Shown in pieces: positions 18,257 to 27,182 of a stretch of 64,000 nucleotides of DNA (positions within the stretch are counted from its first letter, which is position 1; every line of letters starts with the position of its first letter). The notes under the pieces were generated by a model. That model searched no databases and had not been told where the DNA came from. It was given only the letters and a program-made list of their open reading frames with translations. The position numbers and the translations under genes were made by a program. This DNA is from Candidatus Sericytochromatia bacterium (lineage in GTDB: Bacteria; Cyanobacteriota; Sericytochromatia; S15B-MN24; JAQBPE01), in NCBI GenBank assembly GCA_035285325.1, contig JAYKJB010000117.1:832-64831 (forward strand), in the 5' to 3' direction.

Positions 18257-19785
18257 CAGCCGAGCCCGACGGCCAGGCTGGCCAGCTGCGGCTGGGTCTC
18301 CTCCTCCGTCGCCATGAACAGGCCGGCGGCGATCAGGCCCATGCCGATGATCAGGTCACGCACGTGGATGTTCACGGCGGTGACCGGGTCATGGCCGGGC
18401 AGGAACGGGGGAATGCTGCCCTGGGCGGCCAACGCCTCGAGCGGCGCCGGCAAGCCGCTGCTGCTGGCGATCATCCACAACGCGGACACCAGGATCACCC
18501 CGGTGCCGTGCCAGGCCAGCCGCTTCCAGCCCGTGCGCGGCAGGTACTTCAGCAACACCACGGCCGCGTAGGTGGTCGAGATGGCCGTCATGAACAGCGT
18601 GGCCAGCCAGAAAGTAAGGTCCACCACGGGCGAGCCGCCCCACAGCGGTCCCAGGCCTCGCGCCGGCCAGGAGGGATGCAGCGGCGACCCCACCCCCAGG
18701 TTGGCCAGCAGCTTGGTCTCCAGGGTGAACCACACGGCGCTGAAGGGCAGCAGCCAGGCCACGATGGTGGCGTGCAAGCGGGCCTTGGGCCAGACGTCTC
18801 GCAGCAACAAGGCCACCAGCACCGCGAACCCTCCGATGATCAGGTCCTGGCGATGGATGTTGACGGCCAGCTCGCGGGCGTGCGGCGCGAAACTCGGCGA
18901 CACGCTGTACCAGGCGGCCGACAGCGCCATCACACCGACCGCCCCGGTGACCACCCAGCGCGTCAGCGACCAGGCCAGCCGCTGCACCTGGCGCTCCCAC
19001 AAGAGGTTGTAAGCGTGCAGGTACAGGCCCAGGCCCGCAAAGGCCGCATAACCGGCCATCAGCATCGGGTGGAAGCCCTGGTGGGCCAGCAGCGCGAAGA
19101 CGGCGATCGCCGTTGCTCGCACCGCCAGCGCAAGGGGCGCGGCCACCGGGGCATCCGAGCGAGCCGCCCAGAGCAGGGCCACGGCGTAGCAACCCGCTAT
19201 GGAGGTGGCAAAGCTGGTCACGTAGCCACTCGCCGCATCCAGCAACAGCGGCACGGAGGCCACCAGCACCAGCAGTATGGCCAGCTTGCCCTCCAGCATC
19301 ATCAGGCGCCGGGCCAGCGACTGGCTCCAGGTGTCGAAGTGGTTGCGCAGGCGCGGCCAGAGGGCCCGCGCGTCGGCGGACAAGGCCAGCATGGCGAGGG
19401 GCAGGCCGACGTCCACCGAGGCGATGAACAGGAACGCCCCGTTCTCCAGGTGGCCGAAGGCCCAGTTGGCCACCAGCCAGGGCCCCACCCAGACCAGCCG
19501 CCAGACCAAACTCAGGTCCATCAGGCTCTTTTGGCGCGACCACAAGGCGAACAAGTGGACCAGGCCCATCGGCGTGACCGCCACGAGCAAGCTGCGCAGG
19601 TGCAGCAAGCGATCGCCCTCGTAGGCCGGCACCTGCCCCGCCAGCGCAAACAGGGACGGCTGGAGGATGAACAGCGGCAGCGACAGGTAGATGAGGGCCC
19701 CAACCAGCATCAGCCACTCGTATATTCCCCAGGCGCGAGCATCGGGGGCAGCAGCGGGGGCGAGCGCGGGAGCGGGCGTGGTCAT
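18193..19785 (-). CDS. Polytopic membrane protein with an internal tandem duplication, first gene of the LOX cluster
   Basis: At least 12 hydrophobic segments. Two homologous halves (…ELAVNIHRQDLIIGGFAVLVALL… and …VTAVNIHVRDLIIGMGLIAAGLF…). Overlaps the catalase-related gene start. Confidence 0.55.
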   Translation of the reverse strand: MTTPAPALAPAAAPDARAWGIYEWLMLVGALIYLSLPLFILQPSLFALAGQVPAYEGDRLLHLRSLLVAVTPMGLVHLFALWSRQKSLMDLSLVWRLVWVGPWLVANWAFGHLENGAFLFIASVDVGLPLAMLALSADARALWPRLRNHFDTWSQSLARRLMMLEGKLAILLVLVASVPLLLDAASGYVTSFATSIAGCYAVALLWAARSDAPVAAPLALAVRATAIAVFALLAHQGFHPMLMAGYAAFAGLGLYLHAYNLLWERQVQRLAWSLTRWVVTGAVGVMALSAAWYSVSPSFAPHARELAVNIHRQDLIIGGFAVLVALLLRDVWPKARLHATIVAWLLPFSAVWFTLETKLLANLGVGSPLHPSWPARGLGPLWGGSPVVDLTFWLATLFMTAISTTYAAVVLLKYLPRTGWKRLAWHGTGVILVSALWMIASSSGLPAPLEALAAQGSIPPFLPGHDPVTAVNIHVRDLIIGMGLIAAGLFMATEEETQPQLASLAVGLGWWLTLLPKAWFHLAPFVGGSH

Positions 19786-20003
19786 GGCGAGCGATGCTTC
19801 CTCGGAAAAAGACGGGAAAACGGTGGCGTGTCATTGTGACTGATCCCCACCAAGCGAGGGAACCCTGTTAACAAAATGTTACAACACCACCGATCAGGCG
19901 CCTCCTGCGGCCCCGGGGCGTGGCAGCGCCTGCTCGGCTCCGGTGTGCCGACGAGCCTGCCTGTGCCGGGCCGTGGATGGCCGGGCCCCCTTGACCACCG
20001 CCG

Positions 20004-21272
20004 TCAGGTAGCCCGGAGCAAGCCCGGAAGCTGGAGGCCGGCGGGCGCCAGGCCAGGAAACAGACGGGCCAGCGTGGCCGTCTCCAGACCCGTGGGGCCG
20101 CCCAGCAGCGTGGCCACCACGCGGCGCCAGTCGGTCGTGACCGCCAGATCGCGCCCATCGAGACGCGCCGCAGGCGCCAGGCCCGGCCAGCGCCCGAGCA
20201 CCTGACCACCGGCCACCGGCCCACCGAGCAGCCAGAGCACGTTGCCGGCCCCGTGGTCGGTGCCGCCGTTGCCGTTCTCCGCCACTGTCCGGCCGAACTC
20301 CGACATGACCAGCACGGTGGTGCGCGTCAGCTCATCGCCCAGCCCAGCGGCCAGGGCGGCCAGACCGGACGCCAGCGGCCGCAGGCGGTTGGCCAGCTGC
20401 CCCTGGGCCCCGCCCTGGTTGATGTGGGTGTCCCAGCCCCCCACCGGCAGGAAGGCGCCGCGTATCTCGGGGTGGCGGCGCAGCAGGCGGGCCAGCACCT
20501 CGGCGTCCTGCACCAGCCCGACCGCCGAGGGCGCACCGGCATCCGCCTGGTTGGCCTCCGCCTCCAAGGCCGTCAGATCGGCCAGCAACCGCTCGCGCTG
20601 GGCACGCCCCTGGCGATAGGCCAGCGCCAGCGGATCATCCCCGCTGTAGAGGCGGTCGAAGGCCGTCTGCACCGCCGGGCGATCGAGCGCCATCGGGGCC
20701 TGGCGGCCCCGGCCCGGCGTCACCACCTGCACCCCTGGACTGCCACGCAGGATCGCGGGAATGCCGGTATCGAGGGCGATCGCCCCGGCCGGCGCGCCCG
20801 CCTCGAACAGCGCCAGCCAGCGCGCCAACCAGCCGCCCGCCGCCGCACCGCGCCCGAGCGTGCCGGCCTCCATGGCGGCCTGCGCCTCGAAATGCGAGCG
20901 GGCCCCGGCGGGATCGCCACAGGCATGCACGAAGGCCAGCCGGCGCCCCTCCCAGAAAGGCAACAGCGGCGCCAGCGCAGGATGCAGCCCGAATTCCGCC
21001 GTCAGCGGCAGCACCCCATCGGTCTCGCCGGGGGCACCGAGGGCGATCTGAGGCCGCGCCTCGGCGTAGTGCGGATCGCGATACGGCACAACCACACTGA
21101 GGCCATCCACCGCGCCGCGCAGGAAGACCACCACCAGCCGTTGCGAGGCAGGCTGAGAGCCGGCCCAGGCCCAGCCGGCCCGGCCCACCGGCCACAAGCA
21201 GGCCCCAGCCGCCAGGCCCAGGCCCTGCAGGAATTGCCGTCGGTCGATCCGGAGGTCTGGCACGCGATTCAA
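20004..21272 (-). CDS. DUF1501 family protein (sulfatase-like fold) with Tat signal
   Basis: Twin-arginine motif RRQFLQGLGLAAGA. DUF1501 hallmark C-terminal GGTDHG. Confidence 0.85.
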   Translation of the reverse strand: MNRVPDLRIDRRQFLQGLGLAAGACLWPVGRAGWAWAGSQPASQRLVVVFLRGAVDGLSVVVPYRDPHYAEARPQIALGAPGETDGVLPLTAEFGLHPALAPLLPFWEGRRLAFVHACGDPAGARSHFEAQAAMEAGTLGRGAAAGGWLARWLALFEAGAPAGAIALDTGIPAILRGSPGVQVVTPGRGRQAPMALDRPAVQTAFDRLYSGDDPLALAYRQGRAQRERLLADLTALEAEANQADAGAPSAVGLVQDAEVLARLLRRHPEIRGAFLPVGGWDTHINQGGAQGQLANRLRPLASGLAALAAGLGDELTRTTVLVMSEFGRTVAENGNGGTDHGAGNVLWLLGGPVAGGQVLGRWPGLAPAARLDGRDLAVTTDWRRVVATLLGGPTGLETATLARLFPGLAPAGLQLPGLLRAT

Positions 21273-22801
21273 TGCTCCTGAAATTCGGGAGCGCCCAGCA
21301 TGAGGGCCAGGCGCAGCGCGGGGGGCGCCGCGGCGATCGCCAGGCGGCTGCGCTCGCCGAAGGGCGACCCCAGGGTCTCGGCCAGTTCGTCCGGACGAAC
21401 GGTCGCCTGGCGGGCCGCCTGGGCCGCGAAACTCACCCGCCGGGCCATGGCCTCCGGGTTCAGCCAGGCCGTGCGTGCCACCGGCCAGCCATCCGGGGTG
21501 GCGCAGCCGTGGAGCGGTTGCCCCAGCCGGGCCATGGCCTGCAGGGCAGGATCGACCGAGTCGGGAAACTGCCCGCTGGCGCGCAAGGTCGAGATCACCA
21601 GGCGATAGGGCGTCTTGAAGCGCGCCTGACGAGCCTGTGGCGCCCAGAAGTCCGGATGGCTCAGCAGGCAGCGCAAGGTCGCATCCAGGCGGCCGTCGCT
21701 GGCCTGAAAGGCGGCCGCCGTCGCGTCGATCAGGGCGGCGGGCGGATCGTCCGCCACGAAACGGCAGGCCAGCTTGCGCGCCAGAAAGCGGGCCGTGGCC
21801 GGGTGCCGGGCCAGCAAGTCGAGGGCCTGCTCGCCCTCGGCCTGGCCGCCTTCAGGAATGGTCACGCCCAGCAGGCGCTTGGAGCCTGGGAGGTGGCGGC
21901 GGGCATCGAAATAAAAACCCTCGTCAAGCGCGCCACGGCTAGCGGATTGCGCCCCGCGCGGTTCCGGCCAGCCGCGCGGAAAGCCCCAGCCCGTCAGGAT
22001 CGCGGTCAGAGCCACCACGTCGCCCTGGTCGTAGCCGCCGTGGACGCCCAGCGTGTGCAGTTCCAGCAGCTCCCGCGCGTAGTTTTCGTTGACCCCGCTG
22101 AAGCGTCGGTTTTGCGGGTTGGGACGCGAATTGCGCCAGTTGTCGAGGTAATCGAGCATGGCCGGATGCCGGGCCACGGCCCCGAGCAGGTCGCGAAAGC
22201 GCCCGAAGGCCTGCGGGCGCAGCACCCGCTCTTCCATGTCGCCCAGCATCGCGCCGACCGCGCGCTTGCGGGCATGCACGTTGAAGTGGTCGGCCCAGAA
22301 CTCCACCATCACTTCCTGCAACTGGCGCGGGCTGGCCAGCGCGCGCCAGACCCGGGCCGCCTGGGCCTCGCGCAGCAGTTGCCGCTCGACCCGCCGGGCG
22401 GCGGCCAGGGCCGAACGGTCCTGCGCTTTCTGCCGCTTGGCCGCCTGCAGGGGCGCCCGGTACTGGCGGGCGCGCGCCAATGGCGAGAGCGTCAGCGTGC
22501 CGAGAGCGGCCAGGCGTTCGCGCAGGCGCGCCGGCTCCTCCAGACCTTCCGGCGCCAGCTGCTGGGCGATCCAGGCGGTGGCGCCCTGCGCCTGCAAGCG
22601 CGCCAGGTCTCCAGGAGCAGGCCCGTAGGCAGCTCGCTCGAGCAGGTGACGGGCCTCGGCGGCCGTCAGCAATTCAGGCGGGGCCGCGGCGGCGGGATTG
22701 GCCCAGCCAGTCGCAAGCAGCCCGGCCGCCAGGCCCAGCGCCCTCGCCGCAACGCACGTGCCGGCACTGGCAGCGCCCTCAGCCAAGGGCCTCGTCCGCA
22801 T
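21269..22801 (-). CDS. DUF1800 family protein
   Basis: Characteristic EFWADHFNV and LELHTLGV motifs. 4-bp overlap with the downstream DUF1501 gene, the classic pairing. Confidence 0.85.
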   Translation of the reverse strand: MRTRPLAEGAASAGTCVAARALGLAAGLLATGWANPAAAAPPELLTAAEARHLLERAAYGPAPGDLARLQAQGATAWIAQQLAPEGLEEPARLRERLAALGTLTLSPLARARQYRAPLQAAKRQKAQDRSALAAARRVERQLLREAQAARVWRALASPRQLQEVMVEFWADHFNVHARKRAVGAMLGDMEERVLRPQAFGRFRDLLGAVARHPAMLDYLDNWRNSRPNPQNRRFSGVNENYARELLELHTLGVHGGYDQGDVVALTAILTGWGFPRGWPEPRGAQSASRGALDEGFYFDARRHLPGSKRLLGVTIPEGGQAEGEQALDLLARHPATARFLARKLACRFVADDPPAALIDATAAAFQASDGRLDATLRCLLSHPDFWAPQARQARFKTPYRLVISTLRASGQFPDSVDPALQAMARLGQPLHGCATPDGWPVARTAWLNPEAMARRVSFAAQAARQATVRPDELAETLGSPFGERSRLAIAAAPPALRLALMLGAPEFQEH

Positions 22802-23117
22802 CGGCGTAGTGTTCCGGCTTCACATGGGTGCGCACGGTCTGCAACGCCAGGGCGATCGCCGCGGCGTCGTCGGTGAAGCCGAGCATGGGCAGCACATCCG
22901 GCACCATGTCGGCCGGCAGCACGAAATAGGCCAGCGCGCCGACGATCGTGGCTTTGACCCAGACCGGCGTCTCGCGGTCCTGCATGCAGTAGTACAGCGC
23001 CACCATGTCCTTGGCGAAGGGCAGGTGCTTGGCGACCCGTTTGAGCTTCTGCCAGAAAGCCCCGGCATCGAAAGCGGACGCGGAAAACGAGGATTGAGGG
23101 TCAGGCACGTCGGGCAC
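22779..23117 (-). CDS. DUF1232/YkvA-family small membrane protein
   Basis: LPADMVPDVLPMLGFTDDAAAI motif typical of YkvA/DUF1232. 112 aa. Confidence 0.65.
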   Translation of the reverse strand: MPDVPDPQSSFSASAFDAGAFWQKLKRVAKHLPFAKDMVALYYCMQDRETPVWVKATIVGALAYFVLPADMVPDVLPMLGFTDDAAAIALALQTVRTHVKPEHYADADEALG

Positions 23118-23177
23118 GGGGGCCTCCGCTCGCGGGTGAATTCAACACCTCCCAGATACCCGAATGAACGCCGGGAG

Positions 23178-25904
23178 TCACGCGTCGTGAGAGGACGCGA
23201 AGGAAGGGGGCGGCAGGCTCACGCTGGCGGCGCCCAGCGCGGCGTAATCACGGGGCGTGCAGGTCAGCACGATCACCTGCAGGCCCTGCGCCGCAGCCAG
23301 GTCGAGCATGCCCTGCAGCCGGGCCACGCGCACCGGATCGGCGTTGGTGAAGGCATCATCGAGCACCACCGGAAGCCCTTCCCCCTGCGCCTCGGCCAGC
23401 ACCTCGGCGATCGCCAGCCGCACCGCCACGGCCAGTTGCTCCTTGGCGCCGTCGCTGAGCTCCGCGAAGGCGAACGAGAGGCCCCGGTTGAGCTTGATGC
23501 TGCCGATCGCCCCGCGCGTGGCATCGCTCTCCAGCACCAGCTGCAGTTCCGGGCCGAAGACACAGCGGGCATAGCGTTCGATGCGGGCCGTCAAGGGCGC
23601 CGTGTAGCGGGTCACCAGCTGGTGACGCTGGTCGCGAAAGTGGGCCTGGAGACATTCCAGCGCGCGCACGCGTTGCTCGAGTCGGGCCAGCTGGGCCGTG
23701 GCCCGCGCCAGTTCGGCCTCGGCCAAGTCCACCTCGGCAGCGGGGTCCAGGCTGCCGTCCGAGCGCAGCGTGTGTTCGTGCTGAATGGCCGCCTCCTCGG
23801 CGGCCCGACGCCGCTCGGCCTGCAGGCGCGACGCCCGCTGCAGGCGCTCGGTGTCTTGCCGCAAGGTTTCGGGCGCGAGCGCGGCCAGCTCCGCGCGCAG
23901 CTGGGCAAGCGCCTGCTCGACCTCGTCCCGGGCTCGCTGCGCGTCGTTCAGGGCCTGCTGGCGCAAGGCGTCATCGCCATGCTGACCGAGGCGGTCCGTC
24001 AGCAAGGCCTTCAGCCGCTGGAGCTCTTGCTGCTCCTCGCGCAGGCCCTGCTCCGCGTCGCTGACGTCCTGTCGCAGGCGCTCCCGCGCCGCCTCGCGCG
24101 TGGTCTTGAGCTGCTCGGCCGCGCGCCAGGCGCCCTCGGCCTGGGCACTGGCCTCGGCGGCTTCCCGGGTCCAGCGCTGCGCTGCCGCGAGCGTCTCGGG
24201 CAGGGCGATCGCCTCGCCCTGCAGCGCCACCCGCCGCTCCCACTCTCCCAAGGCAGTTTCATGGGCTGCTTGCGCGGCCGCCAGCCGCTCGGGCAGGCTG
24301 TCGGCCTGCGAGGCCTTCAGTTCGGCGTCGAGCGCCGCCAGCGCGCGTTCCAGCTGCTGGCGCGCTTCGGCCACCTGAACGGCGGCCTCGCGCGAGCCGA
24401 CCGTGAGGTCCGCCAGCGCCGCCTGAAGCTCGCCGTCGCTGCGGACGGCGGCCTCGCGCGCCTGACGCAACGCGTCGCCCCCTCCCGGCTGGATGCGCAG
24501 GCGCGTGCCGTCCGGCAGGCTGAGTTCCGTCGGCTCGCTGACCACCCGCGCGTCGCCAGCCTGGAGCGCTTCCCCGCCCAGGGTCACGCCCGCTGGAGCA
24601 GCCAGCACCTCGACGCCCGCCGCCATGGCAGCCAGGCCGGCGGCCGCCTGGTCGCGCAGGCGCTCCAGGCGCGTCAGCCGCTCCAGCTCGGCCGAACCGA
24701 TCGCGGGCAGGCGATGGAGCGCCTGCGCCTGAGTCAGCCGCTCGGCTTGCCGCGCCGCCAGCGCTTCCTGCTGCTGCACCAGGGCCTGCCAGGCCTCCCA
24801 GCGCTCCAGCCGGCGCTGGGCGGCCTCCGCCAGGGCAGCCGTTGCGCGGGCCGCCGACAAGCGGGTCTGCCCCTCGGCCAGCTCCGCCTGGGCCTCGCGA
24901 TAGCCCGAGGTGGCGGCATCCAGGGCCGCGTGCTTCTCGGCGATCGCCTGCTCCCGCGGAGCCAGCGCCTGCAGCGTGGTGGTGTATGCGTCGCGCAGAC
25001 CCTGGATTTCGGTCTCCACGGCCTGCAGCACGGCCAGTCGGTCCTGACGCTGCTGGGCCTGGGTCAGCAGGCTTTGTTCTTGCGCCTGCAAAGGCTGCAA
25101 GGCCGCTTCCCTGCGGGTCAGCTCGGCCAGCTGAGGCGCCAGCGTCTGTTCGGCCTCGGCAACTTCCTGCAGCGCCCCGCGCGCCTGTTCAAGACCCGTC
25201 ACGGCCTGCTGCAGGGCCCCCAGCCGCGCCTTCCGCTCGTTCAGGCTGGCCTCGGCCTGAGCCCTGGCCTGCAGCGCGAGGTCGAGCGGGCCGTGCGCGC
25301 GCGGCCTACCCGTGCCCGGCGTCTTGTAATCCGCCAGTTCGCTGCTCAGGCCGGCCACCACCCGCTCATCCCGCCAGGATTGTCCGACCACCGCACCGGC
25401 CTGCGCCTGCAGCCGTGCCAGCAAGGTCGGATGCTGGGCGCGCGTCGCGTCCAGCGGGTCGTCCTGGCTGTCGCCCTGGCGCACCCACAGGTGCGCCCAT
25501 TGCTCGCGCACGCCCTTGCCGGCGCGGCCGGCTTCCTGCACCCCGAGCAAACCCGCAAGCTGGCTTTCGGCCTCGTCGTTGTGCCACGTCGCCCCGTTCT
25601 CCTGTCGCAGGCTGGCCTGGCTCTGCGCGCCCCCGGCAAAGCGCTTGTGCAGCGTGTAGCGACGCCCGCCCCGCTCGAACATCAGCTCGACCTCGGGATG
25701 GCCGCCCCCCTGACGCGGCTGCATCGCACGGTGCATCTCGCCGGAAACCTTGTAGCGCAGGAACAGGGCATGGTGAATCGCCTCGACCAGCGTGCTCTTG
25801 CCCGCCTCGTTGGGCCCGCCGATCAAGGTGCGGGCCGGGTCAAAGGCCAGCGCGAGTTCCCGGTGGCCGCGATAATTCCGCAAGGTGGCATGCAGGATCC
25901 GCAC
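23178..25904 (-). CDS. sbcC: SbcC/Rad50-like ATPase with long coiled-coil
   Basis: The GTG at 25904 follows GAGGAGGG. Walker A GGPNEAGKST. About 650 aa of Ala/Glu/Gln/Arg-rich coiled coil. C-terminal signature-like ELSDGAKEQ and D-loop VVLDDAFTNAD. Starts 5 bp downstream of the sbcD stop. Confidence 0.8.
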   Translation of the reverse strand: MRILHATLRNYRGHRELALAFDPARTLIGGPNEAGKSTLVEAIHHALFLRYKVSGEMHRAMQPRQGGGHPEVELMFERGGRRYTLHKRFAGGAQSQASLRQENGATWHNDEAESQLAGLLGVQEAGRAGKGVREQWAHLWVRQGDSQDDPLDATRAQHPTLLARLQAQAGAVVGQSWRDERVVAGLSSELADYKTPGTGRPRAHGPLDLALQARAQAEASLNERKARLGALQQAVTGLEQARGALQEVAEAEQTLAPQLAELTRREAALQPLQAQEQSLLTQAQQRQDRLAVLQAVETEIQGLRDAYTTTLQALAPREQAIAEKHAALDAATSGYREAQAELAEGQTRLSAARATAALAEAAQRRLERWEAWQALVQQQEALAARQAERLTQAQALHRLPAIGSAELERLTRLERLRDQAAAGLAAMAAGVEVLAAPAGVTLGGEALQAGDARVVSEPTELSLPDGTRLRIQPGGGDALRQAREAAVRSDGELQAALADLTVGSREAAVQVAEARQQLERALAALDAELKASQADSLPERLAAAQAAHETALGEWERRVALQGEAIALPETLAAAQRWTREAAEASAQAEGAWRAAEQLKTTREAARERLRQDVSDAEQGLREEQQELQRLKALLTDRLGQHGDDALRQQALNDAQRARDEVEQALAQLRAELAALAPETLRQDTERLQRASRLQAERRRAAEEAAIQHEHTLRSDGSLDPAAEVDLAEAELARATAQLARLEQRVRALECLQAHFRDQRHQLVTRYTAPLTARIERYARCVFGPELQLVLESDATRGAIGSIKLNRGLSFAFAELSDGAKEQLAVAVRLAIAEVLAEAQGEGLPVVLDDAFTNADPVRVARLQGMLDLAAAQGLQVIVLTCTPRDYAALGAASVSLPPPSFASSHDA

Positions 25905-25908
25905 CGTT

Positions 25909-27081
25909 TCAGCCCTCCTCGGCCAGCGACACCAGCCGATGCAGTTCAAGCAGGGCCAGGCGGGCCGTCTCCGCCTCCGCGCCGGGCTGCGCCAGCTGAG
26001 CCACCAAGGTCTGGGCCACCGCGGCGATGGTCGGGTCATCCGGGCGCTCACAGAGCCGGGCCAGGTCTTCGGGGCTCGGCTGGAGCGTCAGCTGCTGGTC
26101 GAGTTCCAGCCGCACCAGCCGGGCCTCCAGGCGCGTGATGAGAGTCTCGAGCTGCGCCATGCCGGCCACGCCCAGGCTGCCCGTCAGGGTCAAGGTCAGC
26201 AGGTGACAATCGACCTCCTCGCCCAGCAAGGCCCCCACGGCCGCTTCCAGGGCAGGCAACTCGGCATCCCCATGGACCGCGTGGGCCAGGGCGTGCCAGC
26301 GCAGGCGGGCCGTTTTGCGCGCTTGCACGGCCGGCGGGGTGCCGCGGGCGACCTCCACCACCAGCGCGTTGCCGGCGTCGTAGGCTTCACCACGCGGGAA
26401 GCGGTCCGGCTCGTGGGTGCCGGCATACCAGGCCTTGGGGCCCACCTGCTTGGTGCCGTGCCAGTCCCCCAGCGCCACGTAGTCATATGCCTCCGTGGGC
26501 AGGCGCCCCAGGTCGATGAAGTTGCTGGCCTGAGGCCCCTCCGGATCGCGCTCGCCCGCGCCGAACAGCTGGGTTGCCCCGTGGGCCAGCACCAGGCGCG
26601 GCTGCCCCGCCGGCGCGGCCGCCAGGGCCTCGCCGTCGCGCAGCCAGGCGGTGGTGTCGAACGACTCGGCGCGACGCTGCAGTGGGCAGGCAAAGATGCT
26701 GGCGCCGGCCAGCTCGAGCACGCCCGGCGCGAGCACGACGTGTACGTTGGGAGCGAGGTCGGCGCGCTCGGCCTCGAAGAAGCGCTGATGCCAGACGCTG
26801 CCGGCGCCGGCGTGGTCGTGGTTACCCGGCAGCAGCACCACCGGCACCTGAAAGGCACCCAGCGCGCGACAGGCCCGCGAGACGGTGGCCTTGTCGACGG
26901 TCGGGGCGTCGAAGACGTCGCCGGCCACCAGCACCAGCGAGACGGCCTCCTCACGGGCGATCGCCACCAGCGCATCGAGCGCCTCGAAGCGCGCCGCACG
27001 GGCCCTGGCGCGCTTGTCGGGGTCCTCGATGCGGGCATAGGGGCGCCCCAGTTGCCAATCGGCCGTGTGCAGCAGTTTCAT
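25909..27081 (-). CDS. sbcD: SbcD/Mre11-like nuclease (metallophosphoesterase)
   Basis: MKLLHTADWQLG phosphoesterase motif I, LVAGDVFD, GNHD. The ATG at 27081 follows GAGGGA. Confidence 0.85.
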   Translation of the reverse strand: MKLLHTADWQLGRPYARIEDPDKRARARAARFEALDALVAIAREEAVSLVLVAGDVFDAPTVDKATVSRACRALGAFQVPVVLLPGNHDHAGAGSVWHQRFFEAERADLAPNVHVVLAPGVLELAGASIFACPLQRRAESFDTTAWLRDGEALAAAPAGQPRLVLAHGATQLFGAGERDPEGPQASNFIDLGRLPTEAYDYVALGDWHGTKQVGPKAWYAGTHEPDRFPRGEAYDAGNALVVEVARGTPPAVQARKTARLRWHALAHAVHGDAELPALEAAVGALLGEEVDCHLLTLTLTGSLGVAGMAQLETLITRLEARLVRLELDQQLTLQPSPEDLARLCERPDDPTIAAVAQTLVAQLAQPGAEAETARLALLELHRLVSLAEEG

Positions 27082-27182
27082 GATCCCTCGTGGCCTCGCC
27101 CCGGATGACCCCTTGAATGTACCCTGGGGAACCCTTTTGGCAAAGGGGACACCGACCACAGCGCCCGTCAGGAGACCCTGCC
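27082..27182. promoter_or_regulatory. Divergent promoter region between sbcD (minus) and the secreted nuclease (plus)
   Basis: 101-bp intergenic spacer with RBSs facing outward on both sides. No promoter elements were positively identified. Confidence 0.3.

Noticed and set aside
18196-19839. 547-aa plus-strand ORF and 481-aa minus-strand ORF (18389..19834) overlapping the 530-aa membrane protein
   Set aside because: Both are Arg/Gly/Pro-rich with no hydrophobic pattern. Only the 18193..19785 frame gives a coherent polytopic membrane protein.
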